The position numbers and the translations under genes were made by a program. Shown one piece after another: positions 44,328-54,184 of a DNA stretch of 64,000 nt. Source of the DNA: a virus. Taxonomy: Duplodnaviria > Caudoviricetes. The number at the start of each line of letters is the position of its first letter. Position 1 is the first letter of the stretch. Below the pieces are notes generated by a model. That model was not told the origin of the DNA and searched no databases. It was given only the letters and a program-made list of their open reading frames with translations. The stretch covers positions 1 through 64,000 of the IMG/VR virus record IMGVR_UViG_3300033076_001247; one strand, 5' to 3'.

Positions 44328-44604
44328 CCTCGACCGTCACGTCGACCAGCACCGTCTCGGGCGACACCTCGCCCGCCTCGCGGCAGACCCATATCTGTTG
44401 CGTCGGCGTCCCGAAGGACATGCCCACGACGCGCGAAGAGTCGATGACGGCGGCGTTGACCACGCCATCGAGGCTCACGTTGACGATGGCGCTCGGATGC
44501 CGCGAGACGACCGAGCACGAACGACCGACGAACGGCACCTCGACCTGCGGCGACGACGGGTAAGCCTCGGTCGTGCTGATGTCGACCGTGTAAGTGCGGA
44601 TCAT
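44314..44604 (-). CDS. Small beta-rich protein
   Basis: ATGA-coupled. Confidence 0.55.
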   Translation of the reverse strand: MIRTYTVDISTTEAYPSSPQVEVPFVGRSCSVVSRHPSAIVNVSLDGVVNAAVIDSSRVVGMSFGTPTQQIWVCREAGEVSPETVLVDVTVEDVIY

Positions 44605-44819
44605 GAGTTCTTCTCCATCCGGGCCTTGACGACCTCGAGTTCGAGGCGAAGACCGGCGACCTCGCGACGGAGCTGCGCCTGGTCGTCGCGCAGTTCGTGC
44701 AGCACGTTCCCGAGCGTGTCGACCGCAAAAGACAGATGGTTGATCTCTTTGGCGACCTTCCAAAGGCCACCGAGGATGCTCAATCCAACCGGAACTGCTG
44801 CGATGATCCACTCGGGCAC
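44601..44819 (-). CDS. Transmembrane plus coiled-coil protein (XhlA/holin-like)
   Basis: N-terminal hydrophobic helix, then heptads. Confidence 0.55.
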   Translation of the reverse strand: MPEWIIAAVPVGLSILGGLWKVAKEINHLSFAVDTLGNVLHELRDDQAQLRREVAGLRLELEVVKARMEKNS

Positions 44820-44882
44820 GGTGTCGTCTCCTGCTGTCGCGTCAGCCCGCTCCCTACCGCAGCGGGCTCGACACGAGTGACG

Positions 44883-45173
44883 CTAGGCGTCCACCCAGCC
44901 GGCAAAGTCGGGCTGGGTCTTGAGCCATTCGTAGCCGGAGGCGATGGGGCTGGACGCCGCCGGCAGATCGACCGTCGGGCAGTTGTAGACGCGACCGACG
45001 ACCGGCACGGCCTGTGCCTGTCGCGCCGAGGCGTCGGCGTGAATCTCGACCTTGATGAACGAGACGGCGTTCGCCACGTTCTCGGAAGTCACCGAGAGGA
45101 CGCGGGCGTAGGCGGCGGGGAAGTCGAAGTAGACGTCGTTCTTCGCGGGAATGCAGTTTCCGATGAGTGCCAT
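44883..45173 (-). CDS. Putative fibre-associated protein or chaperone
   Basis: AYA.I/V...YEWLKT.P.F motif typical of small genes after tail fibres. Confidence 0.55.
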   Translation of the reverse strand: MALIGNCIPAKNDVYFDFPAAYARVLSVTSENVANAVSFIKVEIHADASARQAQAVPVVGRVYNCPTVDLPAASSPIASGYEWLKTQPDFAGWVDA

Positions 45174-45186
45174 GAGGTGTCTCCTG

Positions 45187-47958
45187 TTACGCGGCGAACT
45201 TGAGGACAGCGCGAGCGCCCGACCCGTTGGTGCCGAGCGAGAGCTTCGCGGAGAAGATGGACTGCACGGTGCTTTCGAGGGTGGCGCTCGCGGCAACGAA
45301 CACGTCGTTTCCCGCACCCGAGCCGGTAGCGTTGACGTTCGTTACCTTCGTCGTGCCGCCCGCCTCGCAAGTCAGCGCACCCGAGTGCAGGTTGGCGGTC
45401 GAGAAGATGACTGTTCCCGCGCCGCCGTTGTTCGTGCTGACCGCTCCGACATTGGCGCCGAGTTGGCGCTGCTGCTGAAGAACCGCCGACGCTCCGAGGG
45501 CGGTAAACGCGAGAGGCGTTCCCGAGACGGCGGGCGCAATCTGTGCGCCCGAGAGCGTGAACGTACCGGCGTCCACCTGGAATCGCGTGGTCACGGCAGC
45601 CGACGAGATACTGAGCGGCCCCGACCAAGTGTTGCTCCCGCTTACCGAGCGCAACGCGCCGTCGATCTGCGGTCCCGTGCCGAGAATCGCTGCCGTCTTG
45701 TTGCTCGTCGGCGTGATGCTGCCGGTCAACTCGAGCGCGGCCCCCGACGATACCGTCCACGTTGCGGTGGTTCCGACTGCACCGAGGCCGAGGTTGTTGT
45801 TGATGCGGAAATATCCGGCGGTCACCGAGCCAGCCGTCGCGGTCGAGACATTGCCGCCGTTGAGCGCGAGTCGCTGCTTGGCCCCCGAGGTGCCGCCGCC
45901 GACGTTCCAGGTGGACGACGCGGTCGTCGTCGCCGTGTTCGCTGGAACCGTCAGCGTACCCGTTGCCGAACCGCCCGCAAACGTGAAGGTTCGGGCGCCG
46001 TTCCACGTTGTGTTACCGGATCCCAAGCTGAGATCGCTCGAGCCAGCCCAGCGTAGGTTCGCGTTGAGCGCCTTCGTTCCTGTGTTTGACAGCGTCTTGG
46101 AGGAACCGCTCGTATTGTCGAGCGTGCCCGTCGAGGCAAAAGTAACCGTCTCAGTGCTGGAGCCAAAAGCGGCGTCGTTGTTGAGGTAAAGATTGCCGCC
46201 GTTCCAAGCGCAGGTCTTTCCTCCGGGCGTGTTCGAGCCGCTGAGGACATAGGTTGCGGTGCTGCTGGCCGGGCTGGTGCCGAACACCATGCGTCCCGAT
46301 ATCGGACCGGGGAACACGAGGGTCGTGTTTGCGGTCAGGCACAGAACATCGGACAAGTCGAGCGTCACCCCACCCGGACCCAGATTGATCGTCGTGTTCG
46401 GGAAGGAGGCCGTGAAGAAGAAATCGTTGAGCGCGTTGGTGACGACCACGCTGTACGACGAATGCGAGAGCGTGATGTCGCCGTTCTTTCCGTTGTTGAT
46501 GTAGATGCCGCCCGGCCCACTGAAGGCGACGCCGCTCATGCTGTCGTAGCCGGCAACATACGAAACGACCGGGAAGTACGTTCCGCTGGTTCCGATGATC
46601 GAGCCGGTCCACGACGCGAAGGCATTCGGTACGGTGCTGTTGAACTCAACCGAGGTGCCAGCGTTCGCGAGATTCGTGAGGCGAAGACCGCCCGAGCCGG
46701 AAATGGTTCCACGGAAACTGACCCACGCCGAGGACTGTGCGGCAGTCGTTCCGGTCGTGACTTCGACATCGCCGCCGACATCGCTGAACGTCAAGTCGCC
46801 AGCGAACGCAAGGTACGTCGTCGCCGAGGTCGAGGCGTTTCGGATCGCCGTGTTTGCCGGATCGCCATCGAACGTGATGTTTCGACGGACGGTGCGCGTC
46901 GTGCCTGTCGTCGGCAACGAGTAGATCAGTCCCGACGGCAGCACGCGAACGGCATTCGATGGGTCACCAAACGGCGCTGTCTCATTCGTGCTGGTCGTTC
47001 CGGCGCCGGCATCGGTCGCACCGACGTTGTAGCCGACGTTCAGCGAGGCGAGGGTGCTAATGTTTCGCGACCCGATGATGATACCGGGCGAGCCGCCAGA
47101 GCCTGCCGCGACGAAACTGTTGGCCGTGTTCGTCAATCCGGTCGTCACGCCAGTGACATTGATCTCAATCGTGTTCGCGCCGCCGGTCACGGTTCCCGTG
47201 AAGGTGCCAGAGGCTGTAGCGTTGTTCAGTGAGACGGACGACTGCGTGCCGTAGAACTCAAGCGACTTGCTCGCAAACGCTCCGAGCAGGATGGCCGTAT
47301 ACCGCTTGTATGGTGACGCTGATACGCTGTAGGTGCCGACGCCAGTGGCGCGATAGACGGTCTGATTGAGGACAATCGTGCCTGCGTCAAGATAGCTGTC
47401 GGTCCCAACGTCGATGGTGTTCAGCGCACTCCCGAGCGCGCCGGCTGCACCAGGAACGGACGCCATGCCGTTCTGCAGCTTGAAGGTTTTCCCAGAGCCG
47501 CCGAACGTATTCGCCTGCGAACTAGCGAACTGGCCGACGCCATCGAGCGTGAGGCTGTACGCGCCCTGCAGCACGTTGCTAGTGCTTGAGACGGTCAGCA
47601 CCTTTCCGCTGGTGCCAAAACTCCAAGTCTGATCGGCACCCAGCGCAAGCGCGGCCGAGCTGGTCAGCGTTCCGCCAGTGCTGCCGGTGAACTTGATTCC
47701 GACTCCGCCATAGCTCGCTGTCGGGTTGATCGTGATGATCTGGCTTGCCGACGCGGTAATCACCTGCGTTCCGGTCGGAGCGACGATCTCGATCTGGCCG
47801 ATGGTCGAAGTGACAGCCGTTACGCCACGCGCCGCCGTCAGCGCACTCGTGAACTGAGCAGCGTCGGCGGCCGAGCTCGGATATCCGGTGCTCGGCGACC
47901 ACGCGGCAGTGTTTGTCCAGAGAAGGCCGGTGGTGTCTGTGCGTGCGTAGGTCGTCAT
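45187..47958 (-). CDS. Autotransporter-passenger-like beta-helix protein (receptor-binding candidate)
   Basis: Gly/Thr/Ser-rich repeats such as LSGSNT, GALRSVSGSNTWSGP and NLHSGALTCEAG. Confidence 0.75.
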   Translation of the reverse strand: MTTYARTDTTGLLWTNTAAWSPSTGYPSSAADAAQFTSALTAARGVTAVTSTIGQIEIVAPTGTQVITASASQIITINPTASYGGVGIKFTGSTGGTLTSSAALALGADQTWSFGTSGKVLTVSSTSNVLQGAYSLTLDGVGQFASSQANTFGGSGKTFKLQNGMASVPGAAGALGSALNTIDVGTDSYLDAGTIVLNQTVYRATGVGTYSVSASPYKRYTAILLGAFASKSLEFYGTQSSVSLNNATASGTFTGTVTGGANTIEINVTGVTTGLTNTANSFVAAGSGGSPGIIIGSRNISTLASLNVGYNVGATDAGAGTTSTNETAPFGDPSNAVRVLPSGLIYSLPTTGTTRTVRRNITFDGDPANTAIRNASTSATTYLAFAGDLTFSDVGGDVEVTTGTTAAQSSAWVSFRGTISGSGGLRLTNLANAGTSVEFNSTVPNAFASWTGSIIGTSGTYFPVVSYVAGYDSMSGVAFSGPGGIYINNGKNGDITLSHSSYSVVVTNALNDFFFTASFPNTTINLGPGGVTLDLSDVLCLTANTTLVFPGPISGRMVFGTSPASSTATYVLSGSNTPGGKTCAWNGGNLYLNNDAAFGSSTETVTFASTGTLDNTSGSSKTLSNTGTKALNANLRWAGSSDLSLGSGNTTWNGARTFTFAGGSATGTLTVPANTATTTASSTWNVGGGTSGAKQRLALNGGNVSTATAGSVTAGYFRINNNLGLGAVGTTATWTVSSGAALELTGSITPTSNKTAAILGTGPQIDGALRSVSGSNTWSGPLSISSAAVTTRFQVDAGTFTLSGAQIAPAVSGTPLAFTALGASAVLQQQRQLGANVGAVSTNNGGAGTVIFSTANLHSGALTCEAGGTTKVTNVNATGSGAGNDVFVAASATLESTVQSIFSAKLSLGTNGSGARAVLKFAA

Positions 47959-47970
47959 CGTGCTCTCCTG

Positions 47971-48285
47971 CTAGACCAGCGTGACGGTGATTCGCTTCGC
48001 GCTCGGGTCGTCGGTGAGCGCCGTCGCCGTGAACCCCGTGCCAGTCGTAACGACGGCAACGAGCGCGTCGAGGCACGCCTGTCCGCTCGCGTAACCGGAG
48101 CCGCTGCCTGCATAGTCGAAGGTGTCGTACGCAATGAGACTGTACGTCCCCGCCGCCCAGCCCGCTGACGGGTCGAGAGTGAACTGCGCGAGACCGGGAA
48201 ACACGAGCGTTCCCTGCACGGTCTTCTGCTGCGTCGTGATGACGTTGACCGTTCCGACGATGCGCTGGACGCGAACGACCGGCAT
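47971..48285 (-). CDS. Small protein resembling the C-terminal cap of passenger domains
   Basis: GTL..PG...FTL...GWAAGTYSLIAY. Confidence 0.5.
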   Translation of the reverse strand: MPVVRVQRIVGTVNVITTQQKTVQGTLVFPGLAQFTLDPSAGWAAGTYSLIAYDTFDYAGSGSGYASGQACLDALVAVVTTGTGFTATALTDDPSAKRITVTLV

Positions 48286-50996
48286 TACGCCACCACCCCG
48301 CCGAGCGTGAAGAACGGGTTCTCGAAGGTGTTACCGGAGTCTGCCGTCGTGAGAGTGAAGACGACCGCCTGTCCCGAGGTGATGGTCGTGTCGGCGAAAG
48401 CGCCAACCGTGATTAGGCTACCGGTCGTCCAGGTGATCGTGCCGCTCGCGATATTCGAGCCCGCCACACTGATGGTCGCAACCGCATTCGACCCGGTCGG
48501 GAACGCCGTGCAAGCGGCCTGCACCAGCGTGCGCTTGAGCGTCCACGAGCGGTTCGCGACGAACCGCATGAGCACGGTCGAGACCGGCGGCTTGCCAACG
48601 TACTCGCACGCGACGTCATACGGAGCGCCCTTCGCGTTCGACGCAGCCGTGTCGGCGTAGGCCGTCGTGGCGAGTGCCGTCGAGTTGTTGTTCGCGCTCT
48701 GCGTCACGCCCGTCGTGCCCGTCGGGAGCGATGGGGTGCCGGTGAACGCGGGCGAGGCGAGCGGAGCCGCGCCCGTTACATCCGCAACGGGGATGGCCGC
48801 AGCAGCCGTCATGGCTGACGTTCCGTTGCCCTTGACGTAGCCGGTCAGCGTCGTCGCGCCCGTGCCACCGTTTCCGACAGCAAGCGTGCCGGTGATGTGC
48901 GTCGTCAGCCCGATCTTGCCGTATGACGGCGCAGCGCCCACGCCTCCCGAAACGAGAGCATTGCCCGTGCCGACATCCGCCAACCGAGATAGCGTGAACG
49001 TATCGCTCGCGTACAGCAGGTCGCCCGTGGTGTAGGCCGTGATGCCGGTTCCTCCCTGCTGGGGAACAAAGTAGCCAGAGGTGATCTTGCCCGCATCCAG
49101 ACTCGGGATGTCAGCCGCCACGAGCGCACGGAACGAAGGGTTGCCCGCGCTACCGTTCGGAGCCGCGAACACCCTGTTGGCCGACTGCGAACCGAAGTCC
49201 GAGCCAACAACCGTCGCGCCGCCCGCGAGCACGCCCGATGTCGAGCGCACGAGACCATCAGACAGGCCCGACAGCGTCAGCCCTGCGAACGTCGGAGACG
49301 CGCCGCTGTTGATGGACTGCGGCAGCGAAAGCGTGACCGCTCCGACGGACGCCGACACATCAACCTGATTGCTCGTGCCCGTAAGGGCCGTCACGGCAAT
49401 CGTCGCCAACGAGGTCGCGGCAGGAGCTCCGCCTGTACCCAGCAGCACATCGCCAGCCGCCAGCGAGACGGCGGCAACAGTGCTCGTGCCGTTTCCCAGA
49501 AGAACGGCGTGCTGCGTCAACGAGGCCGCACCCGTTCCGCCGTTCGTGACGCCGAGGACGCTTGACCCAACATCCGTTCCTGCCGCGAGGTCAATCGTCT
49601 GTCCCGACGACACGATCACGTCGTTGAGCACCTTGACGAAGCCGCTGCCCGTCACGCTCGGCACCGTCGTGTGAACGTGCGAGGCATACGAGTCGCCAAA
49701 GTCGAACGTGACGTCTTTGCTGTTCGAGGCCGTGAACGCCTCAAGCTTGAGGTAGATGCGCTTCCCAGTGAACGAAAGCGGCCCGATGTTGAACGTCGCC
49801 TGGTACTGCGTCGCGACGCTCGGGTCGTAGATGGCCGTGGCGAGCGTTTGGGCAAGTTGCGCGCCCGACTCCGGGTTCGTGCTGCTATCGTAGGAGTAGA
49901 GCGTCAGACGGAACGTCATCGCGTTAGCGGCAGCCGTGCTCGTCGCGTAGACGTTGAAGTCCCAGATACCTGCCGGCATCGTGCCGATGTTCGGGTCGCT
50001 CGAGTCCGAGACGAACCCCGCGATGCGCGTCCACGCCGAGGCCGGAACGCTTGAGTAGGTGATGGGGTGCGAGGCCACCTCGGCCGTCCGTCCGAGTTGG
50101 TAGGTGTCGGCCGGCAGGTTGCCGCCCGTCACCGTGGTGCCGGCGTTCATAAAGTAGACGACGCCGCCGCCGCCCGAGCCGCCCGAGGCAACATCGCCCG
50201 GCACCCATCCGCCAGATCCGGAGGTCGACCAGACGAGCGACTGTCCCGACGTCGGAGCAACCGACGACACCGGGCGCCCTTGAATCCCCGTCACGGTTAC
50301 CGCACCAAGAGCACTGAGAGTGGCATCGCCAAAGACAGAGACCGCATCGAGCGATCCGCCGCCCGACTGCCCCACGAGAATCTCGCCCTCAGTAATGCCC
50401 GACAGATCCGCGCCCGTGCCGCCGCGAGCAAGACCCAGTTGCCCGGTCGTGATGACGCCCGCATCGAGGCCCGCGATGGCAGTCGTCGTCGCCGAGGAGA
50501 CGCGCCCCTGGTCGTCCGTCGTGAACACGGCTACCGCCGACGCGCTGCCGTAGGTGTCGGCCGTTCCGACGTTCGGCATCGAGATCGTGCCGGTCGAGGT
50601 GATGGTTCCACCACTGAGACCGGCGCCCGCCGTGATGCTCGTGACGCCCGACGGTGCGGGAGTAGCAAGCTCGTAGCCGCCGCCCGATGTCGCCGTCAGC
50701 ACCTTGCCCGCGTCGCCCGAGACGGGAGCGCCGAGCCCCGTGCCGCCGTAGCCCGCGCCAAGCGTACCGCCGAGCGTGAACGTGCCGGCACCCGTGATGG
50801 TCTGGCTCGTACCGCCCGAAACGGTGAGGCCGGTCGACGCGGTACTGAGCGCGACGCTCGTCACCGTTCCGACGCCGCCACCCGGCGCCGCCTTCCATGC
50901 ACCTTCGGTCGCGTCCCAGGCGAGAACATCGCCATCGGTCGTACCGAACAGGCCAACAAACTGGCCGGCGTCGAGCAGAATCACGGGCTTGGACAT
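48285..50996 (-). CDS. Long tail fibre protein
   Basis: Repeated G.L....GGTG motifs; APLASPAFTGTP...STALATTAY fibre repeat. Confidence 0.85.
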   Translation of the reverse strand: MSKPVILLDAGQFVGLFGTTDGDVLAWDATEGAWKAAPGGGVGTVTSVALSTASTGLTVSGGTSQTITGAGTFTLGGTLGAGYGGTGLGAPVSGDAGKVLTATSGGGYELATPAPSGVTSITAGAGLSGGTITSTGTISMPNVGTADTYGSASAVAVFTTDDQGRVSSATTTAIAGLDAGVITTGQLGLARGGTGADLSGITEGEILVGQSGGGSLDAVSVFGDATLSALGAVTVTGIQGRPVSSVAPTSGQSLVWSTSGSGGWVPGDVASGGSGGGGVVYFMNAGTTVTGGNLPADTYQLGRTAEVASHPITYSSVPASAWTRIAGFVSDSSDPNIGTMPAGIWDFNVYATSTAAANAMTFRLTLYSYDSSTNPESGAQLAQTLATAIYDPSVATQYQATFNIGPLSFTGKRIYLKLEAFTASNSKDVTFDFGDSYASHVHTTVPSVTGSGFVKVLNDVIVSSGQTIDLAAGTDVGSSVLGVTNGGTGAASLTQHAVLLGNGTSTVAAVSLAAGDVLLGTGGAPAATSLATIAVTALTGTSNQVDVSASVGAVTLSLPQSINSGASPTFAGLTLSGLSDGLVRSTSGVLAGGATVVGSDFGSQSANRVFAAPNGSAGNPSFRALVAADIPSLDAGKITSGYFVPQQGGTGITAYTTGDLLYASDTFTLSRLADVGTGNALVSGGVGAAPSYGKIGLTTHITGTLAVGNGGTGATTLTGYVKGNGTSAMTAAAAIPVADVTGAAPLASPAFTGTPSLPTGTTGVTQSANNNSTALATTAYADTAASNAKGAPYDVACEYVGKPPVSTVLMRFVANRSWTLKRTLVQAACTAFPTGSNAVATISVAGSNIASGTITWTTGSLITVGAFADTTITSGQAVVFTLTTADSGNTFENPFFTLGGVVA

Positions 50997-51041
50997 GCGG
51001 TATCCCTCGCGAGTCGTGTCCTTTGCCTACCTAGCAACGCG

Positions 51042-51080
51042 AAAGGGCCGGCCGATGCCCCGAAGGACACCGACCGGCCC
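51042..51080 (-). terminator. Rho-independent terminator
   Basis: GGGCCGGTCGGTGTCC-TTCG-GGGCATCGGCCGGCCC-TTT on the minus strand. Confidence 0.75.
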
Positions 51081-51097
51081 ATGTCTTTCGACCGCGA

Positions 51098-53176
51098 CTA
51101 GAGCGCGACGGGCATGCCGATCTGGAACTTGACCGGGTACAGGCCACCCGCGCTGCCGCCGACGCACGCGCCGAGCGAGATGACGGAGCCGGTGACCGGA
51201 GCCACCTTGGACGCCTTGCCCGCCGTCGCCGACAGGAACAGCGTGTCGGTGATGCCGGGCGCCGTGCCGGTGATGCCGACCGGAATCTCGCCGAGGAAGT
51301 CGACCTTCTTCGTCGCCGCCGAGCCGCCGGCGTTCGCCTCGAGCGCGATGTAGAGCGCCTCGGAGAAGCTCGTCGAGCTGGCCGGCTTGCAGACGCCGTC
51401 GGCGTCGAGGAACAGCACATCGCCCTTCGCCACGCCGGCCGCGACCGACTTGGCGAACCCGATGCTCGAGCCGATCTGCACGCGCGGATCGAGCTGCACG
51501 TCGGCGTCGCCGCTGATGTGGAACGGCTTGCCGTCGACGAGGACGATGGAACCGTCGCCGTTGTCGTACGCGCTCTGCAGCGAGCTCGACGCCGTCGAGG
51601 CGAGGACCGACCAGTCGCCCGCAAAGGCGCTCTCGGTGGCGTTCGCCGCGTAGGCGTAGCAGAGCAGGCCGGCTGCGATGGCGCCCGAGGAGCTCACGAG
51701 CGAGCCGTTCGACACGGCGATGGCCGCGAGGTCGACCTTCACGACGATGGCGGTCTCGCCGGAGCCGGCGATGAGCTGGTTCTGAACGAACGGAACCTGC
51801 GCGCTCGGGAGCGTGCCGCCGACGCCCTTGATGGAGACCGTCGAGCCGGAGACGCCCGCGATGACGTAGAGGCCGTCGTTCTTGCCGCCGACGCTGTTCG
51901 ACACCTGGACGATGTCGCCCGCCGCGAGGGCCGAGCCACTGATCGTCATCGACGGGGCGGAGACGCTGGACACGCCCGCGACGAACGCCGTGGCCTCCTC
52001 GGCCGTGAAGCCGGTGGCCTTCTTCACGTTGACCGTGAAGCCACCCGCTGTCGCGCTCGAGCCGACGTTGCCGGCGTTGAGGTCGAGGAAGCTGTCGCTG
52101 ATGATGACGTCGATCTGACCCTTGCTGACGATGTTGCCCTGAACGGTGAGATCGCCGGAGAGCGACAGGTCCGTGCCGGCGAGAGCGCCGGTCAGCGTGC
52201 CGCCGGAGAGCGGCAGCGCGTCCTGCGCGAGAGCGAGAGCCGACGAAGCGTCGGAGGCCGCAGCATTGGCCGTCGAGACGGCCGAGGCCGCGTCGGAAGC
52301 CGCCGCGTTGGCGGTCGAGACCGCGCCGTCAGCCGTGCTGATGGCCGAGGCCGCGTCGCTGGCCGCCGAGGCAGCCGAAGCCGCCGCCGCGCTCGCGTCG
52401 CTCGCCGCGCTGCTGGCGCTACCGGCCGCAGCCGAGGCCGAGGAGGCCGCGTTCGACGCACTGGTCTCGGCGTTCGAGGCGGAGGTGGCTGCCGCGCTGG
52501 CCGACCCGGAGGCCGAGGAAGCGTCGCTCGCCGCGCTCGAGGCGCTCGCCGCAGCCGCGCTGGCGTCAGAAGCCGCCGACGAAGCGGAAGCCGCCGAGGC
52601 CGTCGCCGCACCCTGCGCGGTCGCAGCGTCCGAGGCCGCCGACGACGCGGAAGCCGCAGCCGCCGAAGCGTCCGAGGCAGCGGACGACGCAGACGACGCC
52701 GCCGAGCTCGCGCTCGACGCAGCCGCTGAGGCGTCACCCTGCGCCGCGAGGGCGCTGGCCGCAGCGGCCGAGGCGTCCGACGCCGCCGTGCTGGCCGACG
52801 AGGCGGCCGACGAAGCCGACGACGCGGCGCTCGAGGCGTCCGACGCAGCCGACGAGGCCGAGGCAGCAGCGGCCGAAGCATCGCTCGCAGCCTGCGCCGC
52901 ATCAGCCATCGCCGTGGCAGCGTCCGCTGCCGCCGCGTTCGCAGTCGAAACGGCCGCGCTCGCGTTGCTGTTCGCCGTCGCGACATCGCTCGACAGCGTC
53001 GAGAGGTCGCTCGACAGGCCGACGACGTTGGCCTGGTCGATGTTGGTGACGCCCGAGCCATCGCCGACGAGCGACCCGGCGGTGAAGCTGCCGCCGATCT
53101 CGAGGTTGTCGGACGGGCCGATCTTGGTGAGCTTGCCGTCCTGAAGGACGACGGCCTTGTTGACGAAATCGGACAT
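51098..53176 (-). CDS. Fibre protein with an Ala/Ser coiled-coil stalk
   Basis: About 230 aa of SDASAAAASASSAA-type repeats, followed by globular domains. Confidence 0.8.
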   Translation of the reverse strand: MSDFVNKAVVLQDGKLTKIGPSDNLEIGGSFTAGSLVGDGSGVTNIDQANVVGLSSDLSTLSSDVATANSNASAAVSTANAAAADAATAMADAAQAASDASAAAASASSAASDASSAASSASSAASSASTAASDASAAAASALAAQGDASAAASSASSAASSASSAASDASAAAASASSAASDAATAQGAATASAASASSAASDASAAAASASSAASDASSASGSASAAATSASNAETSASNAASSASAAAGSASSAASDASAAAASAASAASDAASAISTADGAVSTANAAASDAASAVSTANAAASDASSALALAQDALPLSGGTLTGALAGTDLSLSGDLTVQGNIVSKGQIDVIISDSFLDLNAGNVGSSATAGGFTVNVKKATGFTAEEATAFVAGVSSVSAPSMTISGSALAAGDIVQVSNSVGGKNDGLYVIAGVSGSTVSIKGVGGTLPSAQVPFVQNQLIAGSGETAIVVKVDLAAIAVSNGSLVSSSGAIAAGLLCYAYAANATESAFAGDWSVLASTASSSLQSAYDNGDGSIVLVDGKPFHISGDADVQLDPRVQIGSSIGFAKSVAAGVAKGDVLFLDADGVCKPASSTSFSEALYIALEANAGGSAATKKVDFLGEIPVGITGTAPGITDTLFLSATAGKASKVAPVTGSVISLGACVGGSAGGLYPVKFQIGMPVAL
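52230..52930 (-). repeat. Imperfect 14-residue Ala/Ser coding repeats
   Basis: The SDASAAAASASSAA unit recurs several times; boundaries approximate. Confidence 0.75.
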
Positions 53177-53221
53177 GGAGCTTCCTTTCGACGCCGGGGC
53201 GCCCGCCGGCTCGGGTGGGGG

Positions 53222-53779
53222 TTAGGAGTTGGTGACCGGCGTGCCGAGCAGCGCGTAGAGGCTCGTCGTCGTCGCGCCCTTACCGACGAGCTGCACGACC
53301 TCGCCGGGATTGACTGGCTCCGTCGTCGTCAGCCCGCCACCGACCGCGACGTAGTAGAGCGCGTCAACGACGATTCCCGTCAGTCCGTCGATGGTGCCGC
53401 TCGACTTGACGAGATTCGAGGTGCTGCCCGCGTAGAAGCCGATGCAGGGCATCTTGGCCTCGTCGCCAGCGTCAGCCGCGACAAGTCCATCGCCGGCCTG
53501 CGCGACCGGCGTACCGGCAGGGATGCCGGGATAGGTCGTCGGTCCCGGCGCAGGAACCGCACCAGCGACACCGGCTGCAGGAGGAACGCCGGGCACCCAT
53601 GCGGTGCCGTTCCAGATCAGCACATCGCCGACTGCGGGCGCCGCCGTCCCGATGGCTCGACCGCGCAGGCCGTCGACGGTCGGCGCCGGGTAGTTGCCCG
53701 ACAGGTCGCCGGCGGCCGGTCCGGTTGGAGAACCGCCACCGCCGCCACTGCCGCCGCCGAGCGGGATGAAGACTGCCAT
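53222..53779 (-). CDS. Short fibre/decoration protein
   Basis: GDLSGNYP.PTV..L.G module followed by a cement-like domain. Confidence 0.7.
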   Translation of the reverse strand: MAVFIPLGGGSGGGGGSPTGPAAGDLSGNYPAPTVDGLRGRAIGTAAPAVGDVLIWNGTAWVPGVPPAAGVAGAVPAPGPTTYPGIPAGTPVAQAGDGLVAADAGDEAKMPCIGFYAGSTSNLVKSSGTIDGLTGIVVDALYYVAVGGGLTTTEPVNPGEVVQLVGKGATTTSLYALLGTPVTNS

Positions 53780-53791
53780 GCGTGCCTCGCG

Positions 53792-54172
53792 TCAGTAACG
53801 GGGAAGGATAAGAAGCTCAACGTCGCCGTCGTTGGGGGCGGTGTACCGCTTGCCGTCCTGCTCAACGACCCACTCGCAGGCGTAGGTGCCGGGGACATCG
53901 GTATCGCCGGCGATCCAGGCGTACGAGACAATGCCCTTCGGAGCGTTCTCGATGGTCGCGAGCGCCTCAAAGACAACCTCGGGCGCCACACACCCGCAGC
54001 CCGCCGGCCACCATCGGAACGTGACGACCGCGCCCGTCAAGTCGGCCGCTCCGAACGTCGATACGACCTGCACTCGAATGACCGGCAACGTGTCGCCCGC
54101 CTTCAAAACGAAGCGCGGCGACGAGTAGCCGGTCTGAAGCGATGCCTTGATGGGCGTGGTGAGGGTAGCCAT
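53792..54172 (-). CDS. BppU N-terminal-like Ig-fold protein
   Basis: K.GDT.P......DLTGA.V.F...G.V.Y.W...DT..PGTY. Confidence 0.7.
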   Translation of the reverse strand: MATLTTPIKASLQTGYSSPRFVLKAGDTLPVIRVQVVSTFGAADLTGAVVTFRWWPAGCGCVAPEVVFEALATIENAPKGIVSYAWIAGDTDVPGTYACEWVVEQDGKRYTAPNDGDVELLILPRY

Positions 54173-54184
54173 TCCCTCCCCTAC

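Noticed and set aside
52146-53144. Ala/Glu-rich plus-strand ORF
   Set aside because: Antisense reading of the Ala/Ser fibre repeat.
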